DNA from: Methanomassiliicoccales archaeon
GTDB lineage: Archaea > Thermoplasmatota > Thermoplasmata > RBG-16-68-12 > SOIM01
Assembly: GCA_030593295.1 (NCBI GenBank)
Contig: JAUVHO010000002.1
Coordinates: forward strand, 15,379 to 79,378
Length of the DNA: 64,000 nucleotides
Direction: 5' to 3'
The notes under the pieces are model-generated. The model did no database searches and had not been told where the DNA came from. It was given only the letters and a program-made list of their open reading frames with translations. Positions 10,803 through 20,735 of the stretch are shown here, piece by piece (the stretch's first letter is position 1; every line of letters starts with the position of its first letter). The position numbers and the translations under genes are program-made.

Positions 10803-11453
10803 ATGCACAAGACCGTCGACATCGATGTTGGCAAGGACATTTTGGACAGAAATAGGGAGTTGGCAAGGAAGAACCACACGTTTCTGGTAGAGAAGGGCAT
10901 CAGGTCCTTCGATTTCGTGGGGGCCATCGGCTCCGGCAAGACACTGCTCATTGAGGGGATCATAGAGCTTCTGAAAGAAAAGGGACTCAGAGCGGGGGTC
11001 ATCGCCGGTGATGTTGCGGGAGAGGAGGACTACATAAGATTCAGGGAACATGGGGTCCCGGTAGTAAATATCAACACTGGCAAGGAATGCCATCTCGACG
11101 CACATCTCGTTGAGCATGCACTGGACACGCTGAACTTGGATGACCTGGACGTGCTGTTCGTGGAGAATGTCGGGAACCTGGTGTGTCCGGGCGATTTTCC
11201 GCTTGGTACGGATGTCAGGGCGGTCGTGGTTTCGGTTACCGAGGGGGACGATATGATCAAGAAGCATCCAGTGATATTCGCATTATCCGATGTCATCGTG
11301 ATTAACAAGATAGATCTGGCCGATGCCATGGAGGTCGATCCGAAGGTACTGCAGAACGATGCCCATGCCCTGGGAACCAAAGCCGTGGTCGTACAGACCG
11401 ACGCCAGACATGGAAAGGGAATAACCGAATTGATGGATGCGCTCCAGATCTGA
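10803..11453 (+). CDS. hypB: Hydrogenase maturation nickel-insertion GTPase HypB
   Basis: GSGKT P-loop, CPGD and NKIDL G-motifs; the N-terminus MHKTVDIDVGKDIL is typical of HypB. The internal ATG at 10803 is preferred over the track start at 10746. Confidence 0.85.
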   Translation: MHKTVDIDVGKDILDRNRELARKNHTFLVEKGIRSFDFVGAIGSGKTLLIEGIIELLKEKGLRAGVIAGDVAGEEDYIRFREHGVPVVNINTGKECHLDAHLVEHALDTLNLDDLDVLFVENVGNLVCPGDFPLGTDVRAVVVSVTEGDDMIKKHPVIFALSDVIVINKIDLADAMEVDPKVLQNDAHALGTKAVVVQTDARHGKGITELMDALQI

Positions 11454-11464
11454 AAGAGAGGCGT

Positions 11465-13693
11465 TTGTACGTGATCCTGAAGATATTCGGTGTCGTGCAG
11501 GGGGTGGGGTTCAGACCAACCGTTTTTCGCGTCGCCAACTCGATGGGTGCCAGAGGTTATGTCAAGAACAAGGGGTCATATGTGGAGGTCTGCATCGATG
11601 GAGATGCGGACGAGTTCATCGGGAGGCTGGAAGAGGAGCTTCCTGTCCTCTCCAAGATAGACAGGGTCGAGAAGGTCGAGGGCGAAACCAATGCCAACTT
11701 CGATGGTTTTGTCATCCTTTCGAGCGAGGAAGGCAGGCGGGATCCGTCCATACCTCCGGATGTTGCCACCTGCGACAACTGCTTGGGCGAGATCTTCGAC
11801 CCGGGGAATAGAAGGTACTTGTTCCCCTTCACCAACTGCACTGATTGCGGTGCCAGGTTCTCTCTGATCGAGGATTTTCCCTACGACAGGAAGCATACCT
11901 CCATGGGAGATTTCTCCCTTTGTGAGGTCTGCAATGAAGAGTACAAGGAGCCACTGGACAAGAGGTTCCACGCTCAGACCATTTCGTGTAGCGATGATGG
12001 ACCGAAGTATGTGCTGTACGATCGACAAGGCGACGTGATTGAAGAAACAGACGCGGTTGCTCGCTTCGCAAGGGAGATAGACTCCGGTAAGATTGGCGTG
12101 GCCAAGAGCTGGGGTGGTATGCACATCGTGAGCACCTTGGAGGCGATACACGATCTCAGGGAATGGTATAGGAGACCACACAAAGCCTTTGCGGTGATGG
12201 TCAGGGACCTGGAGGTCGCCAGAGAATATGCGGAGTTTGGAGAGTCTGAGGAACGGCTTCTGACATCGTTCCAGGCGCCGATCGTCCTTCTGCAGAAGAA
12301 ACATGGAATTCACGATGAACTAATGGACGCCGTCTCTCCCGGTCTGGGCAACATCGGACTTTACCTTCCGTACACTGCCATCCAGCACATTCTTTTCCAC
12401 CACGTTCAAAGCGACGCCCTGGTCATGACGTCCGCCAATCTTCCAGAAGAACCGATGCTCATTAGGAACCAGGACGCCTTCTCACTCGGTCTGGATCTTT
12501 ACCTGTTGCACAACCGCAGGATTGTGAGCCGCGTGGACGACTCGGTTCTGATCCCCTTTGAAGGGCGCAAGTTGTTCATCCGAAAATCCAGAGGTTACGT
12601 CCCTAACCCCATGAACGTTTTTCATGGACACAGCATTCTATCCCTGGGAGCTGAAGAGAACGTCACTACCAGCATCTCAAAGGACGGGAAGGTCGTCACG
12701 TCCCAGTATATCGGAAACACACAGAGATACGAGGTTCAGAACTTTCTGAGGGAGAGTATTGACCGGTTCCTGAGTTTGTTCGGCGTCAAGGAACTGGATG
12801 CTGTCGCCATCGATCTTCATCCGCAGTATTCCACCAGGAAGGTCGGGGAGAAGTTTGCGGACAAGCACGGAGTTGATGTTCTCGAGGTCCAACACCACTG
12901 GGCCCATGTTTCCAGCCTGATGGTCGACAACCAACGGGATGACCCCATCGTGTCTCTATCCGTTGACGGCGCCGGTTACGGCACTGATGGGAAGATCTGG
13001 GGCGGGGAGATCATTTACTCACAGATGGACTCGTTCGAGAGACTGGGACACCTTGAGTACATTCCTATGATCGGAGGTGACCTGGCAACAAAGGAACCCA
13101 GGAGGATTCTGTTCGCCATCTTCAAGCTGCTTGGCATATCCAAGAACTACTTCGGTCAGAAGGAATCTGAGGTTTTCGCGAAGGCTATGGGCAACTCACC
13201 ACAGTCCTGCAGCCTGGGCAGGGTGCTAGACGCGCTTTCAGCGTACCTCGGGATTTGTGACCGTATGACCTACGATGGGGAACCTGCAATCAGACTTGAG
13301 CGATATCTCGAAGCAGGAAGACCCACCCATGAATTCGAGACTGAGATTATTAGATCGGATTCATCCACAATCAGGACTCTTCCATTGTTTGACAGGCTAG
13401 ACTCCATTGCCAAGGGGAAGGAGCTTTCAGAAAGGGAGAAGGCGGACCTATCCAGATCCTTCGTGGAGGAGCTCATGAGGAGAATGGTGGAGATCAGTGT
13501 CCTCAAAGCCCAGGAGAAAGATGTGAAGAGCATCGGACTCACTGGTGGGGTCTCTTACAGCCTTCCAATCGTACGAATGGTCGACCGTTTTGTCAAGGAG
13601 GCTGGTTTGGAATTGGTGCTCCACAGCTCGGTCCCCAACGGGGACGGGGGAATATCTGTCGGCCAGAACGCAATAGCTGGTAATCTTCTGTAG
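11465..13693 (+). CDS. hypF: Carbamoyltransferase HypF
   Basis: 742 aa; N-terminal acylphosphatase (VQGVGFRP), two CxxC zinc-finger pairs, then YrdC-like and Kae1-like domains. Start is TTG at 11465 or GTG at 11471. Confidence 0.9.
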   Translation: MYVILKIFGVVQGVGFRPTVFRVANSMGARGYVKNKGSYVEVCIDGDADEFIGRLEEELPVLSKIDRVEKVEGETNANFDGFVILSSEEGRRDPSIPPDVATCDNCLGEIFDPGNRRYLFPFTNCTDCGARFSLIEDFPYDRKHTSMGDFSLCEVCNEEYKEPLDKRFHAQTISCSDDGPKYVLYDRQGDVIEETDAVARFAREIDSGKIGVAKSWGGMHIVSTLEAIHDLREWYRRPHKAFAVMVRDLEVAREYAEFGESEERLLTSFQAPIVLLQKKHGIHDELMDAVSPGLGNIGLYLPYTAIQHILFHHVQSDALVMTSANLPEEPMLIRNQDAFSLGLDLYLLHNRRIVSRVDDSVLIPFEGRKLFIRKSRGYVPNPMNVFHGHSILSLGAEENVTTSISKDGKVVTSQYIGNTQRYEVQNFLRESIDRFLSLFGVKELDAVAIDLHPQYSTRKVGEKFADKHGVDVLEVQHHWAHVSSLMVDNQRDDPIVSLSVDGAGYGTDGKIWGGEIIYSQMDSFERLGHLEYIPMIGGDLATKEPRRILFAIFKLLGISKNYFGQKESEVFAKAMGNSPQSCSLGRVLDALSAYLGICDRMTYDGEPAIRLERYLEAGRPTHEFETEIIRSDSSTIRTLPLFDRLDSIAKGKELSEREKADLSRSFVEELMRRMVEISVLKAQEKDVKSIGLTGGVSYSLPIVRMVDRFVKEAGLELVLHSSVPNGDGGISVGQNAIAGNLL

Positions 13694-13730
13694 GATAGTG
13701 TTTAATATGTCTCTCATATTGTACGGTCTG

Positions 13731-13952
13731 ATGTGTCTGGCTGTCCCGGCAAAGGTCGTTCGGATCAAGGGCGATGTTGCTGAGGTCGATTTTGGAGGAG
13801 TGGTGAGAGAGGCGAACATATCCCTCGTTGACACCAAGGTCGGTGAATACGTTATCGTCCACGCCGGATACGCAATTCAAACGCTCGATAAGAAAGAGGC
13901 AGAGGAAACCCTGGAGATGTTCCAGGGGATCTTGGAAGATTCTCATGCATGA
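13731..13952 (+). CDS. hypC: Hydrogenase maturation factor HypC
   Basis: Starts with MCLAVP, the HypC signature; about 73 aa. Confidence 0.8.
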   Translation: MCLAVPAKVVRIKGDVAEVDFGGVVREANISLVDTKVGEYVIVHAGYAIQTLDKKEAEETLEMFQGILEDSHA

Positions 13953-14322
13953 ATTCTCGATCATGTCCGATGTCATGGAGGCCCTCAAAGAGGAGGCCCT
14001 CAAACACAATTTCAAAGGAGTGAAGGAGGTAGTTCTGGAAGTTGGTGTATTGACCTTCCTGGCCCATGAGCAGTTGAGATTCTCCTACAAAGTGCTTTCC
14101 GAGGGGACGGTCTTCGACGGCTCAGAGCTCTCCATCGAGAACAGGCCAGCCATGGTACGATGCGACTCCTGCGGGTATGAGGGAGAGGGAGGTTTCAGAG
14201 ATGAACCAGGATTCCATCGGGTCTTGCCTACCTTCTCTTGTCCCAAGTGCGACGAACCGACATCGGTCGTGTCTGGAAATGAATGCATAATCAGAAGAAT
14301 CGTGGCGGACGTTGAGGAATGA
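13945..14322 (+). CDS. hypA: Hydrogenase nickel incorporation protein HypA
   Basis: MHEFSI start, C-terminal CxxC...CxxC zinc site (CDSCGY...CPKC); overlaps the hypC stop by 8 nt. Confidence 0.8.
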   Translation: MHEFSIMSDVMEALKEEALKHNFKGVKEVVLEVGVLTFLAHEQLRFSYKVLSEGTVFDGSELSIENRPAMVRCDSCGYEGEGGFRDEPGFHRVLPTFSCPKCDEPTSVVSGNECIIRRIVADVEE

Positions 14323-15401
14323 TGTACCAATACCGAGACCGAGAGATGGGCGAGAGGATAATTCAGAAGATCGCAGATCTCGACCTTGAACTGACTCTCA
14401 TGCATGTGTGTGGCACCCATCAAGACACTCTAATAAGGCATGGTTTGCAGGGCTTGTTGGCAGACGTGGGCGTCGATATCAGGCAGGGCCCTGGGTGTCC
14501 CGTGTGCGTGACAACTCCCAAGGAGATTGAAGAATCACTGCTACTCGCCAAGAACGGGAAGACAATCCTGGTCTTCGGGGACATGTTGAAGGTTCCCGGT
14601 GCTTCCTCATCCCTTTCCCAGGCAAAGACCGAAGGGTGCGACGTGCGTGTCGTGTACGGCGTGGACGACGGCGTGAGGATCGCCAGAGGAATCGACAGCG
14701 ATTGTGTCTTCATGAGCATCGGGTTCGAGACAACCACTCCGAGCTCCGCTGCGGCGTTGAAGGCCAAGACACCGGACAATTTCTACGTCCTTACATGCAA
14801 CAGGTTGGTCCCCCCAGCGCTCAAGGCCATTGCACAGATGGGAGAGATCCGGCTGGACGGCCTCATCGAGCCTGGCCATGTCAGCACCATCATAGGATCC
14901 AAACCATACATGTTCCTCTCAGAGGAGTACGGGATTTCTCAGGTCATAGCAGGCTTCGAACCGTTGGACCTTCTAATGGGTGTCTATATGCTTGCCAAAC
15001 AGAAGATGAAAGGCGAATCCAAGATGGAGATCGAGTACACAAGGGTCGTTCGCGAAGAAGGCAACCCAAAAGCCGTGGAGGTCATGGACTCGGTTTTCGA
15101 ACCCATGGATGTGAAGTGGAGAGGTTTCCCCGTCATACCTGATAGTGGGCAGGAGCTTCGAGAGGAGTACGGATCCAAGAACGCCAGGTTGGTGTTCGAG
15201 GATATCCTCGCAGAACTCGAGGGAAGAGAGTTCCCAGAGCCTGAAGGTTGTCTTTGTGGCGAGGTTCTCAGGGGCATCGTGAGCTCAGATGAATGTCCGC
15301 TCTTCGGTACAGCATGCACACCTGAATCCCCGGTCGGGCCTTGCATGGTCAGCGCTGAGGGAAGCTGCAACATCGTGTACAAATATGGGAAGATGGGCTA
15401 A
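14319..15401 (+). CDS. hypD: Hydrogenase maturation factor HypD
   Basis: 360 aa with CGTH, GPGCPVC and C-terminal Cys motifs of HypD. Confidence 0.9.
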   Translation: MMYQYRDREMGERIIQKIADLDLELTLMHVCGTHQDTLIRHGLQGLLADVGVDIRQGPGCPVCVTTPKEIEESLLLAKNGKTILVFGDMLKVPGASSSLSQAKTEGCDVRVVYGVDDGVRIARGIDSDCVFMSIGFETTTPSSAAALKAKTPDNFYVLTCNRLVPPALKAIAQMGEIRLDGLIEPGHVSTIIGSKPYMFLSEEYGISQVIAGFEPLDLLMGVYMLAKQKMKGESKMEIEYTRVVREEGNPKAVEVMDSVFEPMDVKWRGFPVIPDSGQELREEYGSKNARLVFEDILAELEGREFPEPEGCLCGEVLRGIVSSDECPLFGTACTPESPVGPCMVSAEGSCNIVYKYGKMG

Positions 15402-16465
15402 CATATTCTTGGGACCGGATCCCCAGCTGGCATGTCCACAATCCGCTTGCCGCCGACAAGCGTTTCCATCACCACACCATTTATGTCGCCTCTCGCTTCG
15501 CCAATTATCGCGGCTTTCATGCCGGGTTCGGTTCCATGTAGGACCTCAAGGACATCCTGAGCTTTTTCTTTGACAACAGCGATGGCCACTTTGCCTTCGT
15601 TCCCTATTGTCAGAGGATCCATGCCGAGCATCTCGCAAGCCGATGTCACTCCCTCCGTCATCGGGATGTTCTCCTCACGTATCAGAATCCCAACCTTCGA
15701 TTTCTCGCTCCACTCGTTCAGACAGTTCGCCAGTCCTCCTCGGGTCGGGTCCTTCATTGCGGCTATCCCGCCTTCCTCCAGGCCCAATGAGATCATCTTG
15801 TTGAGGGGGTAAATGTCGCTCTCGACAGCTCCTTCGAACCCGTACCCCTCTCGCTTGGAGAGTATGGTAACCCCGTGATCGCCCATGGTGCCCGAGACGA
15901 TTATCACATCCCCATCCCGTACATTGGAATCCTTGATCCAGTTCTCATTGAATTCGCGGAACCGCTTAACAACCTCGATGTTCCTCTCCAGCCTCTCTCC
16001 TCCGAAGCCAATTCCCGACGTGTTAACGAAGATACCGTCCATTGCCCCCCTTTCTACGACCTTGGTGTCTCCCGTGACGACTGGAACTCCGGCCAGCTTG
16101 CAGGTGTCGCTCATGCTCTTCAGGACCGTCTCCAGATCCTCGATCGGAAAGCCCTCTTGGAGTATCAGGGCGCAGGAGATGGCTGCCGGGTCAGCTCCGA
16201 CCACCGAGAGGTCGTTCACCGTTCCCGCAACGGCAAGGCTCCCGATGTCACCTCCCGGGAAGAACAATGGCTGAACAACATATGAGTCCGTACTGAAAAC
16301 GACGCCACTCACGGAGGCCGAATCATCCAGATCCTCCAAGGCGATCTCCACTTCAGGCAGGTCCTTGCTCCCGCCCAGGTTCTTGAGGATGCTCTCTCTT
16401 ATCAACTTCCCCATGAGTGATCCGCCTGCTCCATGGGCCATTGTTATGAGCCTTTTCTGAGCCAT
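15398..16465 (-). CDS. hypE: Hydrogenase maturation factor HypE
   Basis: 355 aa PurM-like protein ending in PRIC, the HypE C-terminal cysteine motif. Convergent with hypD, 4-nt overlap. Confidence 0.9.
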   Translation of the reverse strand: MAQKRLITMAHGAGGSLMGKLIRESILKNLGGSKDLPEVEIALEDLDDSASVSGVVFSTDSYVVQPLFFPGGDIGSLAVAGTVNDLSVVGADPAAISCALILQEGFPIEDLETVLKSMSDTCKLAGVPVVTGDTKVVERGAMDGIFVNTSGIGFGGERLERNIEVVKRFREFNENWIKDSNVRDGDVIIVSGTMGDHGVTILSKREGYGFEGAVESDIYPLNKMISLGLEEGGIAAMKDPTRGGLANCLNEWSEKSKVGILIREENIPMTEGVTSACEMLGMDPLTIGNEGKVAIAVVKEKAQDVLEVLHGTEPGMKAAIIGEARGDINGVVMETLVGGKRIVDMPAGDPVPRIC

Positions 16466-16581
16466 GATGGCACCCGTTCAGTGCTAATCGCACTTGTTGT
16501 TATATGATTTGTGATTGGACCTCCGTCTGAGAAAGATTAATTAGCTCTCTGGGAGTTGCAGTTACAGAAAGGGGGTCGAAC

Positions 16582-17316
16582 TTGGCCATTGAGATCGAGA
16601 TCAGAAAATTCAAGGACATGAACCTGACTGGAGGTACCGTCTTGGAGGCCTTTCCCAGCGTTGGACTTGTGAGCACAATCGCGTCGAGCTACCTGATTTC
16701 CACCCTTGAGCTGGATCAGATCTGCGCTCTGGAATCAGAGCATTTCCCTCCCGTGTCCATGGTGTACTCGACCAAGCCCAAGTTCCCGGCTCGGATCTAC
16801 GCCCGAGAAGACCTCAAGCTGGCCATTTTCATGTCCGAATTCCCTCCCCACACGAAGCTCCACAGGCCGTTGGCGAAGAGACTTCTTTCATGGTCAATGG
16901 ACCAAGGCTGCAGGAGAATACTGTCCCTGGAAGGGCTGCCCAGACCCGGATCCCACGATGTAGAACCTGAACTGAAAGGTGTCGGTAGCAACGATGCGGC
17001 GCGCGCCGAACTGGAGAAAAGCGGTATCGAGCAAATGAAGATTGGTATGGTCCCTGGTGTGTCCGGCGTACTGCTGAATGAGGGGAGATGGGTGGGTTTC
17101 AATGTCATATGCCTTCTTGCCGACGCGATTCCGGACCACCCCGATGCTTTTGCCGCGGCCAAGCTGGTCGAAGGCATCAACAAGCTGATTCCAGAGATAG
17201 ACGTCGAGTCCGAGCCTCTTCTGAAGCAGGCAGCCGAGATGGAGACCTACATCAACACTCTGAAAGAACATGCAAGACCCGCCATGAGCGAACCATCTGT
17301 GCAGATGTTCAGGTAA
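16582..17316 (+). CDS. PAC2-family (proteasome assembly chaperone-like) protein
   Basis: 244 aa; resembles archaeal PAC2/COG1938 proteins. The family call rests on sequence pattern only. Confidence 0.45.
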   Translation: MAIEIEIRKFKDMNLTGGTVLEAFPSVGLVSTIASSYLISTLELDQICALESEHFPPVSMVYSTKPKFPARIYAREDLKLAIFMSEFPPHTKLHRPLAKRLLSWSMDQGCRRILSLEGLPRPGSHDVEPELKGVGSNDAARAELEKSGIEQMKIGMVPGVSGVLLNEGRWVGFNVICLLADAIPDHPDAFAAAKLVEGINKLIPEIDVESEPLLKQAAEMETYINTLKEHARPAMSEPSVQMFR

Positions 17317-18060
17317 CTAGACCATCAGGTATCCACCGTTCGCGTGCAGTGTCTCCCCTGTCATGTAACTGGACTCTTCTGAGACCAGGAACGAGACGAC
17401 CGAAGCTATCTCCTCCGGTTGTCCGACCTTGCGAACAGGAGTCGTTTCTATTCTCCTCTGTCTCTGTTCTGGTGAATCGTATGCGATTATCTCCGTCTCT
17501 ATCGCCCCAGGTGCAACGGCGTTCACCCTGATGCCGTGGGGAGACAGCTCAAGTGCAAGTGATTTGGTGAATGCGATCACGGCCGACTTGGAGGCCGCAT
17601 AATGGGCTCCGTGGGATGTTCCCTTGAACCCAAGCATCGATGATATGTTCACTATGTTCCCCTCTTCTCTCTCAAGCATTCCAGGGACTACCGCCTTGGC
17701 ACAATTGAAGCATCCGGTCAGATTGACATCGATAGTTCTCTGCCAGTCGTCCAGTGACAGGTCCGAGAAGGTGCTCCTTTGATAGATCCCGGCGTTGTTG
17801 ACCAATATCCCGATTTGTCCGAGGTCGTTGCCAATGTCAGAGACCATCTTCTCCACTGCTTCAGAATCCGCCACGTCGGCCTTGTACGATGTCGCCTTCC
17901 AGCCCTTGTCCTCGATCTTAGTCGTGACCTCATCGGCCCCATCCTGGTTGCCCAAGAAGTTGACCCCAACGTCGAACCCGTCCAAAGCAAGCCTCAGGGC
18001 GATCGCCCTTCCAATACCCCTCGAAGCACCTGTGACCAGTGCTACCTCATTCTCAGACAT
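17317..18060 (-). CDS. Short-chain dehydrogenase/reductase (FabG-like 3-oxoacyl reductase)
   Basis: TGASRGIGRAIA Rossmann motif and YAASK catalytic motif. Confidence 0.85.
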   Translation of the reverse strand: MSENEVALVTGASRGIGRAIALRLALDGFDVGVNFLGNQDGADEVTTKIEDKGWKATSYKADVADSEAVEKMVSDIGNDLGQIGILVNNAGIYQRSTFSDLSLDDWQRTIDVNLTGCFNCAKAVVPGMLEREEGNIVNISSMLGFKGTSHGAHYAASKSAVIAFTKSLALELSPHGIRVNAVAPGAIETEIIAYDSPEQRQRRIETTPVRKVGQPEEIASVVSFLVSEESSYMTGETLHANGGYLMV

Positions 18061-18119
18061 CCACCTGCCCCGGGATGGAAATGTGACGACAAGATAAAAA
18101 GATGGAGGTGTTGAACCCG

Positions 18120-18734
18120 TCAGGGTTCCAGCATGAACTGGACGAACTCCTGGACCGTCCTGGGTTCAAGGGTGTAGTTGCCTCTCTTCTGATTGCCGAG
18201 GGAATCATGCGGAAGAGGACCATAATCGTGTCCTGGATAGACCTCCAGATCATCATCCATCTTCGCTATCTTGTTGAAAAGGCTGTCCCACAGCTGTTCC
18301 GAGCTGCCGCCACCTATATCCGTTCTGCCACACTCGTTGATGAAGAGCGTATCGCCCGTGAAGAGGTTCTTGCCGATTGTGACGCAAATGCCGTCTGGAC
18401 TGTGACCAGGTGTGTGAATGATTTTAACATCGACATCTCCGATCTTCAGAACATCCCCATCATTGACACTGATGTCCGACGAACTGGCACTGCTCACATG
18501 TTTGACTATGCTGGCCCCGGTTCTGGCCGCTATCTCTGCGTTACCGCCCGTGTGATCTCCGTGACCATGGGTGTTGATCACGTACTTGACCTTGACTCCT
18601 TTCTGGGCGACCGAATCCAGTATCTTTTTCGTCATGCCTGATGGATCGATAACCACCCCCTCTTTACTGGTCTCATCTGCAACGATATAAGCGAAGTTGG
18701 CTCCAAAACCTCCCCTTATCTGCTCGAGCATCAT
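18120..18734 (-). CDS. MBL-fold metallo-hydrolase (glyoxalase II-like)
   Basis: HTHGHGDHTGG metal-binding motif. Confidence 0.8.
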   Translation of the reverse strand: MMLEQIRGGFGANFAYIVADETSKEGVVIDPSGMTKKILDSVAQKGVKVKYVINTHGHGDHTGGNAEIAARTGASIVKHVSSASSSDISVNDGDVLKIGDVDVKIIHTPGHSPDGICVTIGKNLFTGDTLFINECGRTDIGGGSSEQLWDSLFNKIAKMDDDLEVYPGHDYGPLPHDSLGNQKRGNYTLEPRTVQEFVQFMLEP

Positions 18735-18743
18735 CTGGGGTCA

Positions 18744-19502
18744 CTACCTCATGTGGTTCCAATCCTCGGTCCCGTATTTCTCACCGGCGACCTTGTCGGC
18801 CATGGACAGCTCATTCTCGCTCAACTCCGACCTCTCGAATTCCACCCCAAGCGACCTCTCAAAGCCCCCTGCAAGCGCCGAAACGACGTCTTCGAAGGAG
18901 ACGTGACTAGTGAGGATATCATTGATGCTGGTCACCCTATCCTTGGCGCTGTCGATCAGTTTCTTCCTGGTCTTCTCGGACGGGACCTTCAGCAGGGTGA
19001 ACATCTTCTCCAGGTCGATACTTATGAGTATTGTCCCGTGCTGGAGTATCATACCCTTCCTTCTTGTTTGGGCGTTTCCCGAGATCTTCTTCCCCCCAGC
19101 AGCAATATCATTCAGACCCTGAAAGCGGGCGTCGATCCCCAGTCCTCCCAGTCCCTTGAGAATGCCCCCGCATATGTACTCATAGGATTCAGGGATCGAA
19201 TCCGGCACCGACCCCCAGTCCTCCGGGATGACGGCGCTGTAAGTGACCTCATCATCGTGGAACACCGCACCTCCTCCAGTTATGCGTCTCACGACCTCCA
19301 CTCCTAGTTCGTCGCACGCATCGAGGTCCACCTCCTCGGCCAGGCTCTGGAAGTAACCTATCGAGACCGCTGGCGGTTTCCAGCCATACAATCGAAATGT
19401 GGGGGGAGAGTCGCCCGAGGCAACGTGATGGAGAACGGACTCGTCTATTGCCATGTTCCTCGCTGCAGTGCTGTAGCCCGTGAGCAGAAGTCTAACCGTC
19501 AT
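18744..19502 (-). CDS. lplA: Lipoate-protein ligase A, N-terminal catalytic domain protein (split LplA)
   Basis: 252 aa with the BPL/LPL catalytic domain (RITGGGAVFHD...); no C-terminal accessory domain is present, which is encoded by the next gene. Confidence 0.8.
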   Translation of the reverse strand: MTVRLLLTGYSTAARNMAIDESVLHHVASGDSPPTFRLYGWKPPAVSIGYFQSLAEEVDLDACDELGVEVVRRITGGGAVFHDDEVTYSAVIPEDWGSVPDSIPESYEYICGGILKGLGGLGIDARFQGLNDIAAGGKKISGNAQTRRKGMILQHGTILISIDLEKMFTLLKVPSEKTRKKLIDSAKDRVTSINDILTSHVSFEDVVSALAGGFERSLGVEFERSELSENELSMADKVAGEKYGTEDWNHMR

Positions 19503-19788
19503 CCTCCCCCTCCAGACATTCCATTATCCCTTTGTACAAACCCTCGGAGCTTATTCCGTACATACGTACTCCCTTCTTCTTGAAGAAGTCCTCGAGTATC
19601 CTCTTGATCTCTCCGGACTCCGCCTTTACTCCTGTGAGGTTCTCCTGCAGTTCGTCAATGGCCTTTTCTGGGTGGGCAAAGAAATCCCCGGTTATCACTA
19701 TCTCATTGATGGTCTCGTCGAAATCCATGTAGATCTTCAGAAACTTTCCTTTTGGGTCCTCGACAAGCACTTTCTTCTTCATTTGCAC
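19492..19788 (-). CDS. lplB: Lipoate-protein ligase C-terminal accessory domain protein (LplB-like)
   Basis: 98 aa, overlaps lplA by 11 nt. Size and position match the split LplA/LplB arrangement known from Thermoplasma acidophilum. Confidence 0.6.
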   Translation of the reverse strand: MQMKKKVLVEDPKGKFLKIYMDFDETINEIVITGDFFAHPEKAIDELQENLTGVKAESGEIKRILEDFFKKKGVRMYGISSEGLYKGIMECLEGEDDG

Positions 19789-20735
19789 GTCTCCTGTAGC
19801 TCCATCTGAAACTCGCTCTCGGTCAGATCTCTTGGGTAGTTGTAAGGTCGACCTGTGGGTCTCTCGTTGTAATACGGTCTGTTGCAGCCTTCGCAGCCCT
19901 GGGTCATGAAGATTTCAGGTGGAATGGCTCCCAGTTCCGTTCCTTCCGGACCGAAGGATGATATCGCTCCTCTATTATCAAAACTTATCCCCTCACCTCT
20001 CTGAGAAGTCATCAGGTATTTCGCCAACTGGATGTTCCTGTATTGAGAGAGCGACGGTGGGTCGGATTTCTCCATCCTCGTCCCCCTGCAAGGTGTGAAA
20101 GCGAATAGACCGATCGGTATCTCCCTCTCCACTATCTGCTCCATGACCTCGACCATCTCCTTCTCGGTCTCCCCGAGTCCGACGATCACGTGTGTCCCGA
20201 TCCTGCCCTCGAATGATTCGCTGGCCTCGAACAGGAAATCCAGGTCATCTTCCATCGATCCTCCCCTCAGGTCAGGGTCGAGCTCTCTTGATGCGACATC
20301 CAATGGAAGCCCCACATGTTCTGCACCAATGTTGAGAAGTGTTTCGATATCCTCCATCCTCCCCGTCCTGATCTCAACGCTGATGGGCAACGAGGAGATG
20401 TCGTTCATTCTCTTCACATGATTGGAAGCCGTTTGAATGTGTCCTTCGCTGTTCACCACCTGAAGGCAGATCCGTGAGAATTCGTTTTGCTTTTCCGCCA
20501 AAGCCTCGTATGCTCTTTCCTCATCGTGGGCGGGCCACGGCACTCTGCAGAGGTACTCCCCCGGTGTCTGGCTTGTTCTCGCCCTCGTGCAGTAAGCACA
20601 GTTGTACACGCATTTGCCACCGTTCATGAAGTGTGCCGTTCCGGGCCTGATCCGAGGTTCGCCCTCGGCCAATCCAAGTATGTTCGCCGTCCCAAGTGCA
20701 ACGTGTATCAAAGGATGCAGCACTCCTCTCTCCAC
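19779..20735 (-). CDS. Radical SAM protein, candidate lipoyl synthase component (LipS-type)
   Basis: CVYNCAYC (CX3CX2C) radical-SAM motif; extra Cys pair CEGC at the C-terminus; lacks the N-terminal CX4CX5C auxiliary motif of canonical LipA; translationally overlapped with lplB. Confidence 0.6.
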   Translation of the reverse strand: MERGVLHPLIHVALGTANILGLAEGEPRIRPGTAHFMNGGKCVYNCAYCTRARTSQTPGEYLCRVPWPAHDEERAYEALAEKQNEFSRICLQVVNSEGHIQTASNHVKRMNDISSLPISVEIRTGRMEDIETLLNIGAEHVGLPLDVASRELDPDLRGGSMEDDLDFLFEASESFEGRIGTHVIVGLGETEKEMVEVMEQIVEREIPIGLFAFTPCRGTRMEKSDPPSLSQYRNIQLAKYLMTSQRGEGISFDNRGAISSFGPEGTELGAIPPEIFMTQGCEGCNRPYYNERPTGRPYNYPRDLTESEFQMELQETCK

